The notes beneath the pieces were generated by a model. The model did not search any database. It was given only the letters and a program-made list of their open reading frames with translations, and was not told the origin of the DNA. The translations under genes were made by a program, and so were the position numbers. A stretch of 64,000 nt of DNA from Perkinsela sp. CCAP 1560/9. Its lineage: Eukaryota; Protista; Euglenozoa: Kinetoplastea. The stretch spans positions 806,001-870,000 of the forward strand of contig CBFFSA010000004.1 of NCBI GenBank assembly GCA_965644495.1, written 5' to 3'. Below, one piece after another: positions 51,535-60,041 of this stretch (positions within the stretch are counted from its first letter, which is position 1; the number at the start of each line of letters is the position of its first letter).

Positions 51535-52911
51535 CAGGGGTGAAAATCCCATGGTGGGGGGGGTCTAAAATTCGTAAAATTTGTCCAATTTTGGAAAATA
51601 ATAGCGCGTTCGAGAGCTCTCGCAGAGTTGTATGTTTTAAGATAGGCAGTTTGCGGTGGTTAGGGGGGTACCCCCCTTTGATGGAAGGGTCAAAAACACG
51701 ATTTGCAAATTTGAAAAACTGTAAAAAATGGTCAAACATTACCCTTAATACCCACAGGAAGACCCGTTTCGCTCAATAACGATGCGACAACGCTTGCGGA
51801 AACTGCTCATCGTGTTAATACATTCTTGCTTGCGTTCTGATTGTAATCTTTCGAACGCTGTCTCAATGGCCGATACTAATTCAGCCCGATTCTTGGGTCG
51901 AAGATCATTTTTGATCCTGTCCATGGTCCCCCAAAGGTTTTCAATGGTGTTTAAATCGGGGGATTTTGCAGGCCAAGAGAGTACATTAATACCTTCGTTG
52001 CGAAAGGTTGTTCGCGCAGAATTATGAACAGGACAATTATCAAGGATACCAAGGTTCTAGCTCTCCCTGCTGTTCCTTGGCGGGGTCAGTCTTCCGGCAA
52101 AGGTAAGTAGTAATTTTGTTTCGTCCCCTACCGCAAGTGAACTTCTTCTCATCGCAGAAAACAATTTGTCTCAGTTGGGTATCTGACCAAGTGAGCATCT
52201 CAGAACAAAAATGCACTCGTTTCCTCTTGTGTTCATCGGTCAGTGCGGGCTTTCTTTTTAAAGTTCGCATGATCATACCATGGCTCTTCATGGCGTTAAC
52301 CAAAGTTGGTCTTGAACACTGAAATCCAAGAGAAAGCACAACTCTATGGAGTGCACACCAGTTCTCAGTCCCGTACGGGAGGTCACGGTATCCCTCATCA
52401 ATGAGGCGGATAGCTGCTTCGTGCAGCGCAGGGGTACTGACAGGAGATGGGCGTGAAATAGGAGAGCTTTCCACGTCTCCAGTGTTCTCATAGCGTATCA
52501 CAAGATGTTTTACTGTATTTTCGTGGACGCCGAAGTTTTGGGCTGTCCGAGAATAGGACCCTGTCTCAAGATAATCTGAGACAAGAAGCATACGGTGACT
52601 TGGTATCACCCGTGCGGGGGAGGAATAGGACCTGTCGCTGAGTACTCCACGTGAGGTTCGGGAACGAATCCGTTTCTGGGGCATATAGTGCTAATATTGA
52701 CTGAAAAACAGCTAAAAACTGAAAAAACGTAAATTTGGGCAAGAAACAAAATCATGATTTTTTTTGTCTCATCGTTTCATGTTGAGTCACAGGCCGCAAA
52801 TAGTGCTAAAACATACAACTCTGTGAGATCTCTCGAATGCGCTATTACTTTCCAAAATTGGATAATTTTTACGAATTTTAGACCCCCCCCACCACGAGGT
52901 TTTCACCCCTG
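51535..52911 (-). mobile_element. Tc1-like DNA transposon with ~105-bp TIRs and TA TSD
   Basis: TA|CAGGGGTGAAAA...TGTATGTTTTA and TAAAACATACA...TTTTCACCCCTG|TA, enclosing a transposase pseudogene. Confidence 0.93.
51745..52684 (-). pseudogene. Tc1-like DDE transposase with internal deletion and frameshift
   Basis: HTH + KPALTDEHKRKRVHFC + IVFCDEKKF in 52684-52040. Continues in another frame as LDNCPVH...WPAKSPDLNTIENLW...SCGY* to 51745. Confidence 0.9.
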
Positions 52912-53359
52912 TATATAACTACCGCGTAGTACCCTGTAGACCATTGATTCTCGACACGCGCTCGCCGGGCTCTTGTTGCAGTGAGACTACCGCGTCAGGG
53001 CGCTGCAGGGTCCCGGCCTCGACAAGCCAATGTGGGGGGTTCCTGAGACCTGGGAGATCAAAGTGTATGCTGTGGGTCTCATTTGAGCTCATAACGGCTT
53101 TAGCTAGAGCCCTTAGCACCAAATCGTGGCGCAGGGTGTATCGTGGCGCAGGGTGTGTTGATTTATCGTACTAACTGTTATCCCCACTCGGGGCATGCCT
53201 ACCCACACCTCCCCCAACGCCCCCCAGGCGCCAAACGACCTCCATCGAGGATATGCCAGCGCAACCCCATCACAACCGCAATCGTTACACTTCGTTCAAA
53301 GCAGGGAGGGTATAGTAATAATGCGTGTATGTAGTAGAGTTACATTGAAAATTCCATTT

Positions 53360-53706
53360 TTACTCGCTTCGTTAAAAGTGGTGGTTGTTTTACAACTTAG
53401 GCACTACTTTCGAGACGAACAATCCTCTGAGTTTAACGAAGGAACTAAAAAAGAAAATAAATGGGAGAAACGAAAGTCCATTGTTTGGGTGTAAAAATAC
53501 AATTTCTAGACCAAAAAATACCGCCCCCGCCCTCCAGATTTCGGTCGTTTTTGGAGCCTCACAAGTAGGGGTAGGAGGAACATCTGATAGAAAAAACGTC
53601 GGAGAACGGTAGCTCCGGCCCCAAACACTCAAAATACGTTGTAGGAGTCAATTGCAGAAAATAATTTTGTTTTCATTTTTTGTCAAATATACCTTTTTTT
53701 GGTCAC
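53360..53706 (+). repeat. Diverged copy of the palindrome-ended repeat family
   Basis: CTTCGTTAAA..GGTGGTTGTTTT.CAACTTAG...GTTTAACGAAG..CTAAAAAAGAAAA and AGTAGG...GAAAAAACGTCG.AGAA.GGTAGC...AAAATACGTT.TAGGAGTC match 12630-12990. Confidence 0.75.
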
Positions 53707-53807
53707 ACTACGTAATAGTATACAGCAGTGAGTTGTATCCCATAGTTTGAGAAGCCTTTTAATATTGTTACTCATTTCAATCTTTTTATTAGCTCCTTTT
53801 GGATTGT

Positions 53808-55048
53808 ATGAATTCTATTTTTCGATGCGCAGACGGTGGGCGCCAGTGTTCAGGGAAAATCCGAGGGAATGCCATGCCTCATGAATACGATTAAGTACGT
53901 TTTGTTGGGAATATTACGAATCCAGATCCTTCCTGGACGTTGGCGGCGGATGTTTGCTCGTGGCATGGCATTAAGTGCGACAAGAGTGGGGCGATTCGTA
54001 AGATATTTTGGTCATACTGGATCCGTTCTCATAATGGTACACTTGATCAAAGCCCCGCCATTCACGGGAAAAGCCCCGCCATTGACATGGAAGTTTATGC
54101 CCCGTACAGTGCAAGAATTTTCTTCACTTGGGCAGGCCGAGCTGGTTGGCCAGATTTGTCTCTCTGACTTCGTAGCTTCCTTGATCGAATTTGAAGTTAT
54201 GTGTAATTCTCATCATGGCGAAATAGATCTTACAGTCTTACCTCCACAAATCGAATCTGTACCTTGTTGCCCTTCCTTTCTTTTCCCGGAAACGGGCATA
54301 TTCTTACTTTTAAATGCCCGTTTCCGGCTGACGGCTAGCTGGAACTGTCCCTCTTTGTCGCGGAAGTAGGGGACGCACTTCGCACTCTTCACCCCTCCCC
54401 GGCTCGCTCTCTTCGAGTGAGCTTTCTTCCCTCCCCGGCTCTCTACTTCTCGTGCTTTCTTATCCCGGGAGCTATGCGCCATGGTGGCCTCCTTTGAGGA
54501 CCACTGGGCGTGCTACAGCGGGAGGACACGTTGTATGCGTGTATAGGGGATGCGAACTTGCACCCCTCTCTCCCTACATGCTGTAGCGAGTGCGGCGGTA
54601 ACGGACCTCCCCATGATGCATCATGATCCACGATAGACCATCTGACAGCATGAACCCACGGCTTGACCGTGTTGCAGCATGAACCATGGCTATACGTGCT
54701 GTAGCATGACCGATGGGCGACTCGTCTCCTACCTCGCACTCCACTCTCTGTGTGACACCCGTCGTATGCGGGTCATGCGCCGATGGTATCGGCCGTCACA
54801 CAGAGAGACGTATCTCTGCGCCACGAGCGTATGATCATAACCTTTCATACAACAAGTTGTCCGGGGGGCTCGATTTTAGTTGCCTTCCACCAGGTTTACA
54901 AGTACTGTCCCTGAGCGCGAATGATTTCTCAGGCCGTGTGAATTTTTCAAACCTTCCACCTTCCCTTACTTCCCTTAATTTGTCGCAGAATGAGCATCTA
55001 ATCGTTTCTTCACCCGTTCCTTCGTTTGTAAGTCTTGATACGGTGTAA
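53808..55048 (+). pseudogene. LRR family pseudogene (copy 5) with nonsense codon, frameshift and ~570-bp insertion
   Basis: GKIRGNAMPHEYD*VRFVGNI..VCSWHGIKCD, then a frameshift at the duplicated AAAGCCCCGCCATT, LRRs to ~54261, an insert, and LRRs resuming at ~54839 (NLSYNKLSGGLDFSCLPP). Confidence 0.85.
54265..54837. mobile_element. Insertion in LRR pseudogene (TG...CA ends; solo-LTR-like or other)
   Basis: Interrupts LRR homology. Imperfect flanks GTACCT/TAACCT. Internal hairpin CCGGAAACGGGCAT...ATGCCCGTTTCCGG. Confidence 0.5.
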
Positions 55049-55381
55049 ACTACAATGAAAGGTTTATTTATAAAGGGTTTCAGTTGATCTTGTTGTAGTT
55101 CAACTTGAGTTAAGTTTGTTCATGGATCTTAACCTCGGTTGTCTCCACAGGTGTTCGCGAAGGTTGTCTTCATGTCGTGTATATTCATACACTATATTCA
55201 CTGTATTTTTTCACTCATGATGCTGCATGGCATACACGTTCAGAAAATCTGTACAATTCCTTTATTCGCCCCACTAATCAATCACTTAGTGCAGCAGAAC
55301 CCTAAAAATAATGAGGTGGTAAAGCACTCTCTGAATATGATATTTACGATCAAACCTGTACATTTTAATAAATAATTCTCC

Positions 55382-56557
55382 ATGCCTTCACCTCTGTTCG
55401 ATATTTTGTTACCACTTGCGGTTTTTAGTCTTTTGTGCTACCAGCTAACATCCCGCTTTCTTCCTCCGTGTTGTGAGATCCTTAAGAGGCGCGGTATTTA
55501 TGGTATCGACATTAATAAGATTACCACTGAGGAGCTCAACAGACTGAGAAAACTACGTGACGTGCGCAGCACGGCATTTTTACTGCAACAAGTGTCTTTT
55601 GCTCCGCGCCTCATACCGGAGAGCGCTGGACTTATCACAGGATGTTTTTGTATTGTCACAATAATTCTATGTGCATTATTTTTTTCCATCCCACTTCGAG
55701 AGCTACACGCCGCACTTTGCTCTCTTTCCCTGACGCTTCTTCTTGGCTTTGTGGATGATGTGCTGGATGTCCGTTGGCGATATAAACTTATTCTCTCGAT
55801 ATTATCCACTGTTCCCCTTGTGACGAGTTATTCCGGAAGTACCACACTTTTACTCCCCATACCAATGCGTGGAGGACTGATTGCCAACATCCTCGGATTT
55901 TTTTTTCACATGCCTTCACATGAGAGTGTAAACCTTGGATGGGTCTATCTTTTGGTTCTAATGTCTCTTTGTGTCTTCTGTGCAAATTCAATTAATATTT
56001 TAGCTGGTGTGAATGGAGTAGAAGCCGGACAGTCTATTCTAATTGCATTTTCCCTTTCAATACACTGTATTGTCCAGTTTATCAAAGGTGAACAAGAGGC
56101 CTCGAAACTCACTTTGACTCTCACTTTGTTGCTTCCGTTTATTTCAACGACGCTCGCACTTTTAAAATATAATAAATATCCGGCTCGTATTTTTCCTGGA
56201 GACAGCTTCACATATTTTGCTGGAATGCTTCTTGCCGTAAGTTCCTTTATTGGCCAATGCCCAAAAACAATGTTACTGTTCTTTGTGCCTCAAATCTTGA
56301 ATTTTCTTATTAGCTTGCCACAGTTGTTTGGTATCATGCACTGTCCTAAGCACCGAGTACCACGCTGGATCAAGGAAAAAGATGCGCTAACGAACTCTCA
56401 TAATTACACTCTTCTCAACGCGTTGCTTTATGTCATGGGAGACATGCATGAGCGTTCTCTTACTGTTGTAGTAATGATTTTTCAATTTTTCTGCTCGCTT
56501 TTTGCATTTTTTACTCGATACTATTTAGCCCACCTTCTGTACGAGGAGGTTAAGTAA
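55382..56557 (+). CDS. DPAGT1: UDP-GlcNAc:dolichyl-phosphate GlcNAc-1-phosphotransferase (GPT/ALG7)
   Basis: GIDINK, IPES.G, LLGFVDDVLDVRWRYKL, FCANSINILAGVNGVEAGQ, NKYPARIFPGDSFTYFAG, CPKHRVP. The C-terminal NSHNYT..GDMHE..LY.EV is trypanosomatid-like. Confidence 0.96.
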   Translation: MPSPLFDILLPLAVFSLLCYQLTSRFLPPCCEILKRRGIYGIDINKITTEELNRLRKLRDVRSTAFLLQQVSFAPRLIPESAGLITGCFCIVTIILCALFFSIPLRELHAALCSLSLTLLLGFVDDVLDVRWRYKLILSILSTVPLVTSYSGSTTLLLPIPMRGGLIANILGFFFHMPSHESVNLGWVYLLVLMSLCVFCANSINILAGVNGVEAGQSILIAFSLSIHCIVQFIKGEQEASKLTLTLTLLLPFISTTLALLKYNKYPARIFPGDSFTYFAGMLLAVSSFIGQCPKTMLLFFVPQILNFLISLPQLFGIMHCPKHRVPRWIKEKDALTNSHNYTLLNALLYVMGDMHERSLTVVVMIFQFFCSLFAFFTRYYLAHLLYEEVK

Positions 56558-56720
56558 CGCGAAAGCGAAGCCGGATACAAATATCGCCCGCAAATAATAA
56601 TCACACGACGTCACTATGGTGGCTGGGAAGCAGATTTAATTGAAGGTGCAAAGAAAAGTTAAAGTGATCCTGACCCTTTGTGAACGGCAGAGTAGGTTTG
56701 TTGTCCGTGTAAAAACAATG

Positions 56721-57688
56721 GGGTTAACTATGGTGAAAATGTACCCTAAAAATAGAAATTTTTAAATTTCGTTGTAATGAAAAACGAATGTGATTTTAGG
56801 TTATTCCAAGATATTCTAAGACACTTTAAGACGATTTTCCGCCATATACGCAATAATAATTATCGTAGCCCTCTAAGATCACCACGCGTAAACTCAGATT
56901 TCGAAAAAACTGGGTGATCTTCATTGACAAGGAGTTTCTTCATTAAAACGAAGTAAACATGCTTACATCTATTACCGCGACGTCCGTCAGGACAAGTGCA
57001 TTCAGTGCCCCCAGTACCAATGTACATGTATATCGTATAATGGCGGTCCGTAGATCCTTGAATCATGTACTTATAATTTCCCATCTCAGTCATTCCATAT
57101 CTACGCTTTAGGCGGATGTGCTCCGACATTGCTCGGCCTAATCGTGTACTGGGTGCCTCAGGGTCGGAGTCATCACTCAGGTCATCAGAATCCATGTCAA
57201 CAGGGCCTTCAGTTATATCGTTCGAGTCGCATGAATTCGATTCATTTTCGTCCACTGCGCTATTTCCTTGAGCAATCAGCAGCCAACTCCGAAATTTGGC
57301 GACTATTTGGGATTTAGAACGGAAAAAAGGGTCAAATTCGGGTATGTTTAAATAGCATTTAGAGCCATCTTCAAGCTTCTTGAAGCTTTGCTTTTTACGA
57401 GGCCTCTCTCCGCAGCGAATACAAGGTGTATTTGCCCCAAAACAGTGGTTCTTTAGCCAGAGAAAGACATTTTCCGCTATTATTTGCAAAATTGAAGTGA
57501 CAAAGACTAGGCAAGCCAACGTGGTGCACCCCGGACAATCCATACAGAGAAGAACGGATCAAAAACTCAAGAAAAAACGGGTGCAGTCAATAAAATAACC
57601 GAATGCGATGATTATGAGAACATTTTTCTTCAATTTTTTTTCATGAAAAAATAAAACTTTTAGGGTACATTTTCACCATAGAATACCC
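56721..57688 (-). mobile_element. Non-autonomous Merlin-type element carrying a chimeric ORF
   Basis: 31-bp TIRs GGGTTAACTATGGTGAAAATGTACCCTAAAA / TTTTAGGGTACATTTTCACCATAGAATACCC. 8-bp TSD AAACAATG at 56713-56720 and 57689-57696. Confidence 0.9.
56860..57543 (-). CDS. Merlin-transposase N-terminus fused to a SWIM zinc finger
   Basis: MDCPGC..C...AE...WLKN...C.RC...P...SK....AK parallels the 10600 transposase N-terminus. Then an acidic linker and IQGSTDRHYTI...CTCPD.....CKHVYFVL (SWIM). Confidence 0.75.
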   Translation of the reverse strand: MDCPGCTTLACLVFVTSILQIIAENVFLWLKNHCFGANTPCIRCGERPRKKQSFKKLEDGSKCYLNIPEFDPFFRSKSQIVAKFRSWLLIAQGNSAVDENESNSCDSNDITEGPVDMDSDDLSDDSDPEAPSTRLGRAMSEHIRLKRRYGMTEMGNYKYMIQGSTDRHYTIYMYIGTGGTECTCPDGRRGNRCKHVYFVLMKKLLVNEDHPVFSKSEFTRGDLRGLR

Positions 57689-58501
57689 AAACAATGTTAC
57701 ACTGAGTATGCGAAAATCTTGATATCCGGAACACACCCATATTTTTCAAATTTTTGTTACGCTGAGTACGACAAAAATGTGTTGCACTGAGTATGACAAT
57801 CCACATACAGTGGACACATACAGTGTGTATAAGTGGGGCCACGAAAACTGATTAGCCTCGCATTTTAACCTTATGAGGCCGTATGAGCTCATTTTTGTTG
57901 CCAACGAAAGATCTCATTCTGAAAAAATTCTACACTATTTAAAGTACAAAAACATTCGCCGGAAAACGTTTCCAACGAGTCGGAAAACTGAAAATATTAA
58001 GATTTTGCAATGTGGAAAATGGGTCTAAAATAGTAATTTTTCCTGCCTACACTCCAAAAAGTACTCGAAAAGTAGGTCTTCATACCCAGTATTCCCACCT
58101 CCACGCTCGCATTGTAAATTTACAACGAGGCGCGTGGGAATATTCTATAACGTGTTCATACACGTATACGCTTCGTGACACTCGTTCAAAAAAACGCACT
58201 CCCAGAGACAGAGCTCTCCGAGAGACGGTTCATCATGCGTGCTGTATCGGCAGTAGTTATCACGCGGTCTTTCGTATGCGTAGAGAATGCGAACAGGATA
58301 AGAACACTTTTCTGGGGATAACTGGCGGCATATTTTTTGCGATACGAATTTTTGTACTAACTTTCGCCGCCGTTGAAATTCTCCTGCAATGGAGAGTCTC
58401 CAGGTAGTCCCTTTGAGCGTTCAAAAATCATCACCGCTGCTGATGTTGTTGAATGATTTCGCCGCTGTTGAAATTCTCCTGCAATGGAGAGTCTGCAGGT
58501 A

Positions 58502-58814
58502 CCGTAGACCCCCCCAGTAATAGACTGCCTCCAGTAACAAGGATTTGACCCTTTCTCGGCTGACCCCCAGTAACAAGGATTTGTCTCGGGAGGGTCGTTG
58601 GAGGGGGGAGGGGGTGTTTGGCCGGGTAGGGGTGTTTGGGCGGGGTGAGGGCGGTTGCGAGGGAGGGAATCGCGTGGTTGCGGGGTTGGATGGTCTGAAA
58701 ATCAACGCACTAATGAACAAAAAAGGTCCTTTCTCACCCAAAAAGTATACCCCCCAGTAACAAGGATTTGGCCATTTTGGTCCAAAATGGATTCTATTAC
58801 TGGGGGGTCTACGG
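58502..58814. mobile_element. 313-bp MITE (CCGTA termini, pogo/Tc2-like) with subterminal repeats
   Basis: TA|CCGTAGACCCCCCCAGTAATAGA / TCTATTACTGGGGGGTCTACGG, with three CCAGTAACAAGGATTTG repeats. Right TA missing. Confidence 0.75.
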
Positions 58815-60041
58815 CCCTTTGGGCGTTCGAAAATGATTACCGGTCTCTTCTGATCCACACTGATCTCCACCGACCTGCACGGCGAATATTTGCATACTAT
58901 CCAGTGTACTGTACATCAGAGGAGCTCTCCTGCCACCTACTGTACGCCTTCGAAATGATCAGTGCACCAGCGTGCGGCACCACCGAGATGTTATTTAGTT
59001 CCATAATCTCTCTGCCTTCCTCGTATATAAATATTCGTGGTGTGCCTCGCCACGTTTCTGCTTGTGGGCTGCCGTCAGTCGGGTACCACTTGATTTCAAT
59101 GATTACCGGGCGAATGCGCAGGATAGCTGCGATTTCATCGATTTTGCCCTGTATCTCTTGTCCGGTCAGTGGAGTGGGCATATCCACGTTGGACGATGAC
59201 GTTTGCTCCGCAGTTTGCGTTGGACGGACCGTTGGTAGTCGTTGCGCATGAGATGTCGGACGCGGCGGTTCTGAAACGGTATCCGCAGGCCTGTATTGTT
59301 GCGCAACGCTATGTTCCTGAATTCGTTGTTGCAGCTCACACGCTCGTGTGGCAGCGTGTTCTGCGGAGATGGAAATGGCGACATTAAGACGAGGTTAGCA
59401 GGAGGATTAAGAGGAGGTTAGCAATTCGCCCAGGAGGACTGTACTCATGCAAGTTGGGAGGATAAATTTGAAACTTGCGCAGCGAGCTGCTGTACTATTT
59501 GTTCAAGAGAATTCTGCGCTGCTGCCGCTGACTGGATCTTCTTGATTGGCATTCCTCCGGGCTTTGACTGGAGGCGTCTCCACCTGTCGCGTAGGTCGTG
59601 AGGCCCAAGATTTCGGCGATGACGTGCGGGGGGTGCTGGGGGGAGTTAGGGCTCACCCCGATCCGCGGCTTCTCGTGCTTGCGAGCGGGTGACAATCATT
59701 CCTCAAAGTTTTTTAAATGCTGGATACGAAAAATGATGCTATAATGGCTGAAAAGTGCTTTTTGAAACTGTTCAATGTATCATAATAAATTATGTTTACA
59801 ATATGAAAATCACTATCGCATGTTAACATATCACACGCCGCGAAGCGACGCGAAAATTTATTTTACCTCATCATGGCAATTGGGGTAGCCATCCAAAAGG
59901 GGAACGCCCAGATAGCGCACGCCGCGGTTCAAAATTGGTACCGGAGGGGCGTGCGCTAACTGGGCCACGGTGAAAAAAAATGTCTAATTTCTTGTATAAC
60001 TACCGCAGGATTGTTAATAAGTCAGTTCGGTAATAATAAAT

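Noticed and set aside
3-56557. Reassigned stop codons (Blastocrithidia-like code)
   Set aside because: Conserved genes are uninterrupted in the standard code and end at TAA, TAG or TGA at the expected positions.
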